From assembly GCA_045533555.1 (NCBI GenBank), contig JAZSHZ010000094.1:1-42232 (forward strand): 42,232 nt of DNA. The letters run 5' to 3'. Positions 18,175 to 27,621 of the stretch are shown here, piece by piece (positions within the stretch are counted from its first letter, which is position 1; every line of letters begins with the position of its first letter). The translations under genes were made by a program, and so were the position numbers. The DNA comes from Eubacteriales bacterium. GTDB lineage: Bacteria > Bacillota > Clostridia > Oscillospirales > JAAYXM01. The notes beneath the pieces are model-generated. The model did not search any database. It was not told where the DNA came from and worked only from the letters and a program-made list of their open reading frames with translations.

Positions 18175-19572
18175 ATGAAGCTTTTTAATTCACTGACAAG
18201 AACAAAAGAAGAATTCAAGCCGATGGACCCGAATGACGTCAAGATGTATTCCTGCGGTCCGACGGTATATAACTATTTCCATATCGGAAATGCGCGTCCG
18301 TTCATCGTTTTCGATGTTCTGCGCAGATATATGGAATACCGCGGCTACACCGTAAAATTCGTCCAGAACTTCACGGATATTGATGATAAGGTTATCAATA
18401 AGGCAAACGAAGAAGGAGTAACTTATAAAGATATCGCAGAGAAATATATCGATGAATATTTCGTCGATGCCAAGGGACTCGGAATTCACCCCGCAACTAT
18501 CCACCCCAAGGCAACGGAGAATATCGACGCGATAATTGAAATCGTCTCGACGCTCATCGAAAAGGGCTATGCATATGAATCCGAAGGCGATGTCTATTTC
18601 CGCGCGCTCAAGTTTGAAGGCTATGGAAAGCTCTCAAAGCAGCCGCTTGAAGACCTCGTAGCAGGAGCGAGAATCAGCGTCGGCGAAAAGAAAGAGGATG
18701 CGACGGACTTTGCGCTCTGGAAGGCAGCAAAACCGGGCGAGCCCTCGTGGGATTCGCCGTGGGGCAAGGGAAGACCCGGCTGGCATATCGAATGCTCGGC
18801 GATGGCAAACCGCTATCTCGGAAAGACTATCGATATCCATAGCGGCGGAGTTGACCTCACATTCCCGCATCACGAAAACGAAATTGCTCAGAGCGAGGCG
18901 GCAAACGGATGTCAGTTTGCAAACTACTGGCTCCACAATGCGTTCCTTAATATAGACAACAAGAAGATGTCAAAATCTCTCGGCAACTTCTTCACTGTCC
19001 GCGATGCGGCAGGAGTCTATGGCTATGAGGCGATCCGCTTCTTTATGCTCTCGGCTCACTACCGCAGCCCGATAAACTATTCGCAGGAATCGCTCATGCA
19101 GGCAAAAGCCGCGCTTGAGAGACTTCATAATGCAGAGAACAATATGGACTTCCTTGCGAAAAACGGAAGCGAAGAGCCGCTTTCGGATGCGCAGAAGGAA
19201 ATCCTTTCGGGATTTGATAAATACAGAGAAAAATTCATCACCGCGATGGATGACGATATCAATACGGCGGATGCGATTGCGTCGATATTCGAGCTTGTCC
19301 GCGATGTCAATACCGCGCTTTCGGAAAACGGAAGCCGCGCGTTTGCGGCAGAGTGCCTTGCAAGAGTCCGCGAGCTTTGCGATGTTCTCGGCCTTCTTGA
19401 GAAGAAGGAAGAGGATAACCTTGATGCGGAAATCGAGGATATGATTGCAAAGCGCCAGGCGGCAAGAAAGGAAAAGAACTTTGCCGAGGCAGACAGAATC
19501 CGCGATGAGCTCACCGCGCGCGGAATCATCCTTGAGGACACACCGCAGGGAGTCAAGTGGCACAGAGCATAA
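18175..19572 (+). CDS. cysS: cysteine--tRNA ligase
   Basis: [25 protein letters not shown]. Confidence 0.98.
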   Translation: MKLFNSLTRTKEEFKPMDPNDVKMYSCGPTVYNYFHIGNARPFIVFDVLRRYMEYRGYTVKFVQNFTDIDDKVINKANEEGVTYKDIAEKYIDEYFVDAKGLGIHPATIHPKATENIDAIIEIVSTLIEKGYAYESEGDVYFRALKFEGYGKLSKQPLEDLVAGARISVGEKKEDATDFALWKAAKPGEPSWDSPWGKGRPGWHIECSAMANRYLGKTIDIHSGGVDLTFPHHENEIAQSEAANGCQFANYWLHNAFLNIDNKKMSKSLGNFFTVRDAAGVYGYEAIRFFMLSAHYRSPINYSQESLMQAKAALERLHNAENNMDFLAKNGSEEPLSDAQKEILSGFDKYREKFITAMDDDINTADAIASIFELVRDVNTALSENGSRAFAAECLARVRELCDVLGLLEKKEEDNLDAEIEDMIAKRQAARKEKNFAEADRIRDELTARGIILEDTPQGVKWHRA

Positions 19573-19588
19573 TAAGACTGTAAGATAA

Positions 19589-19616
19589 GGCGGGGAGAGA
19601 AAAATCTCTCTCCGCC
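19589..19616 (+). terminator. stem-loop after cysS (weak terminator or mRNA stabiliser)
   Basis: GGCGGGGAGAGA/TCTCTCTCCGCC stem; poor U-tract. Confidence 0.45.
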
Positions 19617-19645
19617 AAATTTGGAATTTGAGGCGGAATTTGATT

Positions 19646-22294
19646 ATGAAGATAATGGTTATAGACGGCAACAGCATAGTAAACCGCGCATACTACGGCG
19701 TGCGCCCGCTGACGAATGCGGAAGGGCTCAATACCAATGCCATTTACGGTTTCCTGTCGATATATCTCAAAATACTCGAGGAGATATCACCGGATGGAGT
19801 ATGCGTCGCATTCGACCTCCGCAAGCCGACCTTCCGCCATGAAAAATATGAGGGCTATAAGGCAAACCGAAAGGGAATGCCGGATGAGCTTGCCGAGCAG
19901 ATGCAGCCGCTCAAGGATGTTCTCGATGCGATGAATATCAAAAGGCTTGAATGTGAGGGCTTCGAGGCGGATGACCTTATCGGTACGGTCAGCCGCACCT
20001 GCTCGGAATCGGGAGATGAGTGCGTCATCGTCACAGGTGACCGCGACAGCTTCCAGCTTATAGAAAATGAGGGGACAACCGTCCTTCTCGTCTCATCAAG
20101 AATGGGAAAAACGGAGACGACGCTCTATAACGGAGCGGAGCTGCTCCTCAAATACGGGCTTCCGCCCGAGCTGATGCGGGATCTCAAGGCGCTTCAGGGC
20201 GATTCCTCGGATAATATCCCCGGTGTGCCCGGCGTCGGAGAGAAGACGGCTCTTGAGCTCGTCTCGCGCTTCGGCAACATAGATAACTTATATGAAAATA
20301 TAGATTCCCCCGATATCCGCGAGTCCGTCAGAAAAAAGCTCATTGCAGGCAAGGATTCGGCATATCTTTCCAAATGGCTCGGAACTATCGTGACAGATGC
20401 TCCGATCGATTTTGCACCGCGGGATGCCGCACTTTCGGGATATAACAACGATGAGCTCTATAAGCTCTTCACAAGGCTTGAGTTCAAAAGCTTCATAACG
20501 CGCCTTGCGCTCACCGCGCCCGAATCTGCGGGCGAGACGGCGGCAGTCGTGAAAAAGCTTTCAAGATGCGATTTGAAATCCGAAGCGGATTTCGAGGCGG
20601 CAAAGTCGGTTCTTTCGGGAAAGGAATGCACCGTCATTACCGCGGACGGGCTTATGGGAATCGCCGTTGCGGATGGTGAAAACGTATATGTGGCATCAAG
20701 AGCTGATAACGATGAGGAAAAATATGATGCGTTTTTACGTTTCGTATTCGGAAAAGACATAAAAAAGACTCTCCACAACAAAAAAGAATTGAAGCGCGAG
20801 CTCCGCGCAGAGAAGCTCAGAGTGGAAAATGTCGCGTTCGACACAGCGCTTGCCGCCTATGTCCTTGATGCGACGAGAAAGAGATATGACCTTGTCTCCG
20901 TCTCTCATACCTACGGAGCGGAGCTTGATATCCCCTTTGAAAAGCTTTGCGACCCCGCGAATTTCTCACCGCTTATGGGTAGCGAGGAGGGGCTGTGTGC
21001 TCTCGTCACCGTGGCGGAGACGCTTTGCTTCATCGCGGATGAAATGCGCCGCGAGCTTGCGGAGACGAAGACGGAAGAGCTCTATTTCGATATTGAGCAT
21101 CCCTTCACCGATGTCCTCTGCGATATGGAGGATGAGGGAATAAAAGTGGAAAAAGAGGAGCTTCTTCACTTCGGAGAGCTTCTTTCAGATAAAATAAGCC
21201 TTATGGAAAAGGCGATATACGAGTGCGCCGGCGAGCAGTTCAATATCCTCTCTCCGAAGCAGCTCGGTGAGGTGCTTTTCGAGCATCTCGGAATACCGCC
21301 CGTCAAGAAGACAAAGACGGGATACTCAACGGATGCGGATGTCCTCGCGAAGCTTTCTTCAAAGCATGAGATCATTCCGCTCATCCTTGAATACAGAAAA
21401 TATTCGAAGCTCAAATCCACCTATGCCGACGGGCTTCTGAGATTCATTTCCGATGACGGAAAAATACACACGACCTTTCAGCAGACGGTGACGGCAACTG
21501 GCAGAATAAGCTCGACTGACCCGAACCTGCAGAACATTCCGATCCGCTCGGAGCTCGGTGGCGAGGTAAGGCGTATGTTCGTGCCGACAAGCGGCGAGCG
21601 TGTGTTTATAGATGCCGACTATTCGCAGATCGAGCTTCGCGTGCTCGCGCATATAACGGGCGATGAAGAGATGTGCCGTGCGTTCAGGGATGGCCTTGAC
21701 ATACATTCGCAGACGGCTTCTCAGGTCTTCGGAGTCGCGCCCGATGAGGTAACGGCGGAGATGCGCCGCATATCAAAGGCGGTTAACTTCGGAATAGTCT
21801 ATGGAATATCCGAATTCTCGCTTGCCGAGGATATCGGGGTAACGAGAAGCGAGGCAAAGCGCTATATAGAGGCATATCTCGAGCATTATTCGGGTGTGCG
21901 CGATTATATGAAGAGAATAGTCGAGGAGGCAAAGCGTGACGGCTTCGTGACGACGATGTTCGGCAGGCGCCGCTATATCCCCGAGATATCATCAAAGAAT
22001 TTCAATCTCCGTTCGTTCGGCGAGCGAGTCGCGCTCAATGCGCCGATTCAGGGAACCGCAGCAGATATCATAAAGCTCGCGATGATAAAAACCTCGGAGA
22101 AGCTCAGGGATAGCGGGCTTGATGCGAAGCTGATCCTGCAGGTGCACGACGAGCTTATCGTCGAAGCCTCGCGCGCGGACGCGCCCGAGGCGGCAAGAAT
22201 ACTCAGTGAGGAGATGGAAAACGTCTGCAAACTGAATGTTCCGCTCGAAGCCGAGGCGGCAATGGGAGATACATGGTATGACGCAAAGAAATAG
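19646..22294 (+). CDS. polA: DNA polymerase I
   Basis: 5'-3' exonuclease (IDGNS, EADD, GDSSDNIPGV); DYSQIELR motif A; KAVNFGIVYG motif B; QVHDE motif C. Confidence 0.98.
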   Translation: MKIMVIDGNSIVNRAYYGVRPLTNAEGLNTNAIYGFLSIYLKILEEISPDGVCVAFDLRKPTFRHEKYEGYKANRKGMPDELAEQMQPLKDVLDAMNIKRLECEGFEADDLIGTVSRTCSESGDECVIVTGDRDSFQLIENEGTTVLLVSSRMGKTETTLYNGAELLLKYGLPPELMRDLKALQGDSSDNIPGVPGVGEKTALELVSRFGNIDNLYENIDSPDIRESVRKKLIAGKDSAYLSKWLGTIVTDAPIDFAPRDAALSGYNNDELYKLFTRLEFKSFITRLALTAPESAGETAAVVKKLSRCDLKSEADFEAAKSVLSGKECTVITADGLMGIAVADGENVYVASRADNDEEKYDAFLRFVFGKDIKKTLHNKKELKRELRAEKLRVENVAFDTALAAYVLDATRKRYDLVSVSHTYGAELDIPFEKLCDPANFSPLMGSEEGLCALVTVAETLCFIADEMRRELAETKTEELYFDIEHPFTDVLCDMEDEGIKVEKEELLHFGELLSDKISLMEKAIYECAGEQFNILSPKQLGEVLFEHLGIPPVKKTKTGYSTDADVLAKLSSKHEIIPLILEYRKYSKLKSTYADGLLRFISDDGKIHTTFQQTVTATGRISSTDPNLQNIPIRSELGGEVRRMFVPTSGERVFIDADYSQIELRVLAHITGDEEMCRAFRDGLDIHSQTASQVFGVAPDEVTAEMRRISKAVNFGIVYGISEFSLAEDIGVTRSEAKRYIEAYLEHYSGVRDYMKRIVEEAKRDGFVTTMFGRRRYIPEISSKNFNLRSFGERVALNAPIQGTAADIIKLAMIKTSEKLRDSGLDAKLILQVHDELIVEASRADAPEAARILSEEMENVCKLNVPLEAEAAMGDTWYDAKK

Positions 22295-22730
22295 TGCGGA
22301 GATTTTATCCGCAAAAACCGCGGATATCCCCGCGATTGCAAGGCTTGAGAAGCTCTGCTTCTCCGCTCCGTGGAGCGAAAATGCGCTTTCTGAGACTATG
22401 TCCCGCGAGGAGACAGTGTTCCTCGTCGCAAAATGCGGCGGGAGCATCTGCGGATATGTCGGGTGCTATTATGTGCTCGATGAAGGCTATATAACAAATG
22501 TTGCCGTCGACCCCGAATACAGGAGGCTCGGCATAGGTCGCGCGCTCATAGAAGAGCTTGAGAGGCGCGCGCGCGATAAAAAGCTCGCATTTCTGACTTT
22601 GGAGGTGCGCGCGTCAAACAGCGCGGCGATCGCGCTTTATGAAAAAACAGGCTTTGAAAAAGTCGGCAGGCGTCCGCGCTTCTATTCCGATCCCTGCGAG
22701 GATGCTGAGCTGATGACATTATATATATGA
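22278..22730 (+). CDS. rimI: ribosomal protein S18-alanine N-acetyltransferase
   Basis: PWS, ITNVAV...RRLGIG, TLEVRASN, YEKTGF; adjacent to tsaD; start uncertain. Confidence 0.88.
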   Translation: MTQRNSAEILSAKTADIPAIARLEKLCFSAPWSENALSETMSREETVFLVAKCGGSICGYVGCYYVLDEGYITNVAVDPEYRRLGIGRALIEELERRARDKKLAFLTLEVRASNSAAIALYEKTGFEKVGRRPRFYSDPCEDAELMTLYI

Positions 22731-23752
22731 AAGGAAAGTTTTCCGTGAAGATAATTGCAATAGAAAGCTCTTGCGACGAAACTGCCGTCAGCATAGTCGA
22801 GGACGGAAGAAAAATCCTCTCGAATGCGATTCTTTCGCAGGCGGATATGCATGCGCTTTATGGCGGTGTTGTCCCCGAAATTGCCTCGCGCAAGCATATT
22901 GAATGCATTGCTGCGCTGACGGAGAAGGCATTCGCCGATGCGGGGCTCCAGAAGGAAGATATCGATGCCGTTGCGGTAACGTTTGCACCGGGGCTTATCG
23001 GTGCGCTTCTTGTCGGTGTCGGCTTTGCGAAGTCGCTTGCATTCGCGCTCGGAAAGCCGCTTATCCCCGTCCACCATATAAGGGGGCATATCGCGGCAAA
23101 CTATCTCGCGTTCCCTGAGCTCGAGCCGCCGTTTATGTGCCTCGTCGCGTCGGGCGGACATAGTCTGCTTGTCGATGTCAAGGATTATACGGAGTTTGAG
23201 ATTCTCGGATCAACTCGCGATGATGCGGCGGGAGAGGCATTTGATAAATGCGCCCGCGTCCTGGGCCTCGGCTATCCCGGCGGCGCAAAGATCGATGCGC
23301 TCGCAAGAGAGGCGGGAGAAGAAAGATATAAGCTTCCGCGCGCGCAGATAGAGGGTGCAGAGCTCGATATGTCCTTCTCCGGTCTTAAAACCGCGGTTAT
23401 AAATCTTGCTCACCGCGCGGAGCAGACGGGTCAGGAGCTTGACCGCGCAGCTCTCGCCGCGTCTTTCTGCGATGCGGTCTGCGATACGCTCGTGCCGAGA
23501 ATAATAAAAGCGGCTCGCCTTGCGGGCAGAAATAAAATTGCGATAGCGGGAGGAGTTGCAGCAAATTCTTTCCTGCGTGAGAGACTTCAAAATGAAGCAA
23601 AAAGTTCAAAAATTGAGCTGTTTTTCCCTCCGCTTTCTCTCTGTGGGGATAACGGCGCAATGATCGCCTCGCAAGGCTACTATGAGTTTTTGCGCGGAAA
23701 TACCGCAAAAAGCGACCTGAACGCACGGGCTACTCTTCCAATCGATTTTTAA
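22727..23752 (+). CDS. tsaD: tRNA N6-adenosine threonylcarbamoyltransferase
   Basis: IESSCDET, GGVVPEIASRKH, HHIRGH, SGGH, DDAAGEAFDK, DNGAMIA; real start may be GTG 22745. Confidence 0.97.
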   Translation: MKGKFSVKIIAIESSCDETAVSIVEDGRKILSNAILSQADMHALYGGVVPEIASRKHIECIAALTEKAFADAGLQKEDIDAVAVTFAPGLIGALLVGVGFAKSLAFALGKPLIPVHHIRGHIAANYLAFPELEPPFMCLVASGGHSLLVDVKDYTEFEILGSTRDDAAGEAFDKCARVLGLGYPGGAKIDALAREAGEERYKLPRAQIEGAELDMSFSGLKTAVINLAHRAEQTGQELDRAALAASFCDAVCDTLVPRIIKAARLAGRNKIAIAGGVAANSFLRERLQNEAKSSKIELFFPPLSLCGDNGAMIASQGYYEFLRGNTAKSDLNARATLPIDF

Positions 23753-23898
23753 TTACATAATTTTATGGTGTTATGTAAACCAAATAGCTGATTTTCAAAT
23801 GTCGTAAAATGCGATTGCGACCTTGGGAAAATTTTGGGGAAACTCTCCAAACCCTTGCAGTGACTCAAGTTAAAGGCTGGGGAAAAATCTGTGGAAAG

Positions 23899-23907
23899 TG
23901 TGGATAA
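23899..23907 (-). promoter_or_regulatory. perfect DnaA box with neighbouring degenerate boxes
   Basis: TGTGGATAA = reverse complement of TTATCCACA; near-matches at 23890-23898 and 23878-23886. Confidence 0.5.
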
Positions 23908-23934
23908 CTATTTGTAAAACAAATTATGTAAAGA
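23907..23934 (+). other. dif-like / XerD-binding-like site
   Basis: ACTATTTGTAA-AACAAA-TTATGTAAAGA has the 11-6-11 layout; right arm matches 9/11 of the Firmicute XerD arm TTATGTAAACT. Confidence 0.35.
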
Positions 23935-24062
23935 AATTACGTAAACCAAAATCAATGGTTGCGCGGCTTTGCGGATGTCGTTCAAAATGCGTTTTTTGTG
24001 TTCAAAAAGATGCAAATACCGAGCTTTTGAACAACAAATTGCGACAAATTACCGATGGGATT

Positions 24063-24080
24063 TGGTTAAATGCATAACAA
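24063..24080. promoter_or_regulatory. candidate Rex operator
   Basis: TGGTTAA-ATGC-ATAACAA, two mismatches to clostridial TTGTTAA-N4-TTAACAA; upstream of the operon containing rex. Confidence 0.5.
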
Positions 24081-24201
24081 TGTTTTTGCGGAAAAGGCAT
24101 CCTGCGCAGAGTGAATACTAAATGTAATAATGTTCCGAAAAACGGAAAAAAGGGAAGAAATTGTAAATTTCTTCGGAAAGTGGAAAAATCCCACAGCAAA
24201 G

Positions 24202-24230
24202 TTGACAAAATACGCGAAACATATTAAAAT
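24202..24230 (+). promoter_or_regulatory. sigma-A promoter for icd-rex
   Basis: TTGACA(24202-24207), 17 bp, TAAAAT(24225-24230). Confidence 0.75.
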
Positions 24231-24258
24231 TGATATTAAAAGGAGATGTATATATTTT

Positions 24259-25398
24259 ATGGAAAACACAATGAAACAGTTTGAGAAGATCATCGCGCTT
24301 CAGCTCAAGAGAATCGAGGAGATGAAGAAGCAGAATGATTTCATAGATTATAAGGAGCTTCCGAAGATCATTATCGGTGTTTGCGGCGGCGATGGTATCG
24401 GCCCTGCGATCACGAAGGAGGCGCAGAGAGTCCTTGAATATCTTCTCAAGGATAAGGTCGAGGCGGGAAAAATCGAATTCCGCGTCATCGACGGGCTCAC
24501 GATCGAAAACCGCGTTGCGGCAAATAAGGCTATCCCGGATGATGTCCTCGCAGAGCTCAAGGAATGCCATGTCATCCTCAAGGGCCCGACAACGACTCCG
24601 CGTGCGGGAGATCCGTGGCCGAATATCGAGAGCGCAAACGTTGCTATGAGAAAAGAACTCGATCTCTTTGCGAATATGCGCCCCGTCAAGGTTCCGAGCG
24701 AGGGAATCGACTGGATGTTCTTCCGCGAGAATACAGAGGGCGGCTATGCCGTCGGAAGCATGGGCGTCAATGTTACGGATGACCTTGCGATAGACTTCAC
24801 GATCGCGACAAGCCAGGGCTGCGACAGAATCGCAGAGCTTGCTTTCTCATATGCAAAGAAGATGAACAGAACGCGCGTCACCGCCGTCACGAAGGCAAAC
24901 GTCATCAAGACGACGGACGGAAAATTCCTTGATGCCTGCAAGAAGGTTGCGGCAAAGTATCCCGAGATTTCTTTTGACGACTGGTATATAGACATTATGA
25001 CGGCGAAGCTCGTCGATACAAAGCGCCGCCGCGATTTCCAGGTTATGGTTCTCCCGAATCTCTATGGAGATATCCTCACTGATGAGGCGGCTGAATTCCA
25101 GGGCGGTGTCGGAACGGCGGGAAGCGCAAACGTCGGCAAGCGCTATGCAATGTTTGAAGCTATCCACGGCTCTGCACCGAGAATGGTTGCGGAAGGCCGC
25201 GATATATATGCAGACCCCTGCAGCATGCTCCGTGCATCCGTTATGCTTCTTGAGCATATCGGCGAGGTCGAGCTTTCATTGAAGCTCTCCGCGGCGCTTG
25301 ATGAATGCATGTATAACGAAAAGAAACTCACGATAACGGGTCGCAGCGACGGTGCAACCTGCGCCGAGTATGCGGACTATGTTATGTCAAAGCTTTAA
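24259..25398 (+). CDS. icd: isocitrate/isopropylmalate dehydrogenase family enzyme, probably isocitrate dehydrogenase
   Basis: GDGIGP, KGPTTTP, SANVAMRKELDLFANMRP, RENTEG, PNLYGDILTD, FEAIHGSAP; ATG 24259 after AGGAG; exact substrate not provable. Confidence 0.75.
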   Translation: MENTMKQFEKIIALQLKRIEEMKKQNDFIDYKELPKIIIGVCGGDGIGPAITKEAQRVLEYLLKDKVEAGKIEFRVIDGLTIENRVAANKAIPDDVLAELKECHVILKGPTTTPRAGDPWPNIESANVAMRKELDLFANMRPVKVPSEGIDWMFFRENTEGGYAVGSMGVNVTDDLAIDFTIATSQGCDRIAELAFSYAKKMNRTRVTAVTKANVIKTTDGKFLDACKKVAAKYPEISFDDWYIDIMTAKLVDTKRRRDFQVMVLPNLYGDILTDEAAEFQGGVGTAGSANVGKRYAMFEAIHGSAPRMVAEGRDIYADPCSMLRASVMLLEHIGEVELSLKLSAALDECMYNEKKLTITGRSDGATCAEYADYVMSKL

Positions 25399-25418
25399 TA
25401 AAGAGGGAGTGTCGTAAA

Positions 25419-26051
25419 ATGCGCGAAAGATACGTTTCACCTTCGGTCATACGCAGATTACCAAAATATCACAGATGCTTAAAGGAGCTTGAAAGAAGCG
25501 GCGTTGAGCGCGTTTCTTCGAGTGTGCTTGCGGAAACGCTCGGTTTCACCGCATCGCAGGTAAGGCAGGATTTCAGCTGCTTCGGAGGCTTCGGTCAGCA
25601 GGGATATGGCTATAATGTGGCAAACCTCCGCGCTGAGATCGCTTCCATCATCGGTATCGACAAGAGCCACAGTGCGGCGCTTATCGGAGTCGGAAACCTC
25701 GGCCACGCGCTCGTCAATAATTTTGATTTCAAGAAGAGCGGCTTTGAGCTTGCGGTTGCATTCGATGCAAACCCCGATCTTATCGGAACGAAGATCGGCG
25801 ATGTCGAAATTCTCGATATAAAGGACATGCCCGCATATTTTGCGAAGAATCCCTTTGAAATCGCGGTGCTGACTGTGCCGAGAGAGGTCGGAAGAGAGCT
25901 TGCGCAGACTCTTGCTGAGCTCGGTGTCCGCGGAATATGGAATTTCACGAACATAGATTTCACTCTTGAGGAGCTCGGCGTCAAGGTCGAGAACGTCCAT
26001 TTTGCGGATAGCCTCAAGGTGCTTTGCTATGAGGTTTCGAGAGAAAGCTGA
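25419..26051 (+). CDS. rex: redox-sensing transcriptional repressor Rex
   Basis: IRRLPKY, QVRQDFS.FG.FGQQGYGY, IGVGNLG Rossmann motif, GIWNF. Confidence 0.96.
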   Translation: MRERYVSPSVIRRLPKYHRCLKELERSGVERVSSSVLAETLGFTASQVRQDFSCFGGFGQQGYGYNVANLRAEIASIIGIDKSHSAALIGVGNLGHALVNNFDFKKSGFELAVAFDANPDLIGTKIGDVEILDIKDMPAYFAKNPFEIAVLTVPREVGRELAQTLAELGVRGIWNFTNIDFTLEELGVKVENVHFADSLKVLCYEVSRES

Positions 26052-26092
26052 TTTTTTCTCTCACTGTGTTTGCAACGGAATAAGGCAGAAAC

Positions 26093-26131
26093 AACACCGG
26101 AAAAGAAGAAACAAAACTCTTTTCCGGTGTT
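26093..26131. terminator. 14-bp perfect hairpin after rex
   Basis: AACACCGGAAAAGA/TCTTTTCCGGTGTT; no clear U-tract. Confidence 0.45.
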
Positions 26132-26223
26132 AAATATTTGTAACATCGAATAAAAATCGCTTGAAAGCGAAAAATAATTGTAGTAAAATAAATCCGGATT
26201 ATAAAAAGAGCAGGTATTGTTAT

Positions 26224-26640
26224 ATGCGAGGTTGGCTTTCAAGAATGTCATATAGGCTCCGCTGTTTTATGCAGGGGCGCTACGGTATGGATGAGCTGAG
26301 TGTTTTTCTGACGGTGCTCGGAATGGTGCTCGCGATTCTTTCTATGTTTCCGTTTCTGGAAATACTCGGAATATTTGCCTTCGCAAGTCTTATCTGGGGC
26401 TATGCGAGATGCTTTTCGAAGAAATTTGACCGCCGCCGAAGCGAGCGGGCAAAATATCTCACGTTGAAAAACAAGGTGAGCTCGAAATGGAGCTTTGCAA
26501 AGCGCCGCTTCCGCGAGCGGAAGACACATCGCTATTATAAATGCCCGATGTGCAAAACCGTTCTGCGCGTGCCTCGCGGCAGGGGAAAAATCAGGATAAA
26601 CTGCCCGAAATGCAAGAACAGCATAATCAAAAAAACATAA
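26224..26640 (+). CDS. two-TM membrane protein with C-terminal zinc ribbon
   Basis: FMQGRYGMDEL, two TMs, CPMC..LRVPRGRGKIRINCPKC; ATG 26224 preferred over TTG 26161. Confidence 0.8.
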   Translation: MRGWLSRMSYRLRCFMQGRYGMDELSVFLTVLGMVLAILSMFPFLEILGIFAFASLIWGYARCFSKKFDRRRSERAKYLTLKNKVSSKWSFAKRRFRERKTHRYYKCPMCKTVLRVPRGRGKIRINCPKCKNSIIKKT

Positions 26641-26655
26641 AAAATCATCTGTAAT

Positions 26656-26691
26656 TGCCCAAGTGTCCGTCAGGGATGCTTGGGCAGTTTT
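26656..26691 (+). terminator. rho-independent terminator
   Basis: TGCCCAAGTGTCC/GGATGCTTGGGCA stem, then GTTTT. Confidence 0.7.
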
Positions 26692-26742
26692 GTCTCATAT
26701 TATTGCAGGCGGGCGAATTTTTTGTTTGTGCCGTATTTTGCA

Positions 26743-26830
26743 TTGACATTGTTTTTTTCGTAAAGTATAATTATAGAAAACGAAACAAAATAATAAGAAA
26801 ATCGAAACGAAAAAGAAAACGGAACGCAAA
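26743..26830 (+). promoter_or_regulatory. perfect sigma-A promoter with downstream direct-repeat operator
   Basis: TTGACA(26743-26748), 17 bp, TATAAT(26766-26771); CGAAAC/CGAAAC/CGGAAC cores in A-runs at 26781, 26803 and 26820. Confidence 0.75.
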
Positions 26831-26848
26831 CCGTTTGCGGAGATTTTT

Positions 26849-27607
26849 ATGGATATAGATAGCAGAAAAGATAAGATACTGGAGCTTCTCGCAAGCAAGG
26901 GAAAGGTCAGGGTAACTGAGCTTTCCGAGCTTTTCGGAGTTTCGGAGGTAACAGTCAGGATAGACCTTGCGGATCTTGAAGCGCGGGGGCTTCTGAGCCG
27001 TGTCCACGGCGGTGCGATGAGCTCATATAAGACCTATCATAATATGAGCCTTCAGCAGCGCCTCGGCGCAAACCACGAAAAGAAGGCGGCGATAGCCGCG
27101 CGCGCCGCGGAGATGATTGAGGATCACGACACGGTCATGTTCAATTCGGGGACGACGACGCTCCTGACCTTCAGGATGCTCAACCCGAATCTCAATCTCA
27201 GCATCGTCACGAATTCGATTGCGATCGCGCTTGAGGCGGGGGCGAATCCGAATTTCAACGTTGTCCTTCTCGGCGGCGATGTCAATGCAAAATATCAGTT
27301 CACCTGCGGAAGCGATGCCGAAGAGATGATTTCGCGCTATCACGCGGATAAGCTCGTCCTCTCCGTTGACGGGGTGGACACGGAAAACGGCTTCAGCACA
27401 TATTACGACAAGGAGGTCCCGCTTGACCGCCTTATGCTGGAGAATTCCTCGATGCATATAATTGCCGCGGACTACACGAAGATCGGAAGGACGACATTTG
27501 CGAAAATTTCCGATATTGATGTCGCGGATTATATAATAACGAATAAGAACGTTTCGGAAGAAGATAAGCAGATTCTTCGCGAATTTGCAAAGATAATCGA
27601 AGTTTAG
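26849..27607 (+). CDS. DeoR/GlpR-family transcriptional regulator
   Basis: LSELFGVSEVTVRIDL..L...G...RVHGGA HTH; SGTTT and TNS sensor-domain motifs. Confidence 0.93.
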   Translation: MDIDSRKDKILELLASKGKVRVTELSELFGVSEVTVRIDLADLEARGLLSRVHGGAMSSYKTYHNMSLQQRLGANHEKKAAIAARAAEMIEDHDTVMFNSGTTTLLTFRMLNPNLNLSIVTNSIAIALEAGANPNFNVVLLGGDVNAKYQFTCGSDAEEMISRYHADKLVLSVDGVDTENGFSTYYDKEVPLDRLMLENSSMHIIAADYTKIGRTTFAKISDIDVADYIITNKNVSEEDKQILREFAKIIEV

Positions 27608-27621
27608 GAGGTGTTGCCGAT

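Noticed and set aside
20520-21100. PolA middle domain lacking obvious 3'-5' exonuclease motifs
   Set aside because: This is normal for Firmicute Pol I.
22278-23752. rimI-tsaD without tsaE/tsaB
   Set aside because: Split tsa clusters are common; the other genes are probably elsewhere.
23753-24258. oriC, riboswitch or ncRNA in the 500-bp intergenic region
   Set aside because: No dnaA/dnaN nearby, only one perfect DnaA box, no strand switch, and no riboswitch or T-box motif I can recognise.
24130-24258. 43-aa N-terminal extension of the dehydrogenase in the track
   Set aside because: It spans the promoter and RBS; the true start is most likely 24259.
26127-26146. TGTTA-N8-TAACA palindrome after rex as a Rex box
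   Set aside because: The spacing is 2 bp too long for the Rex consensus, and it overlaps a hairpin arm.
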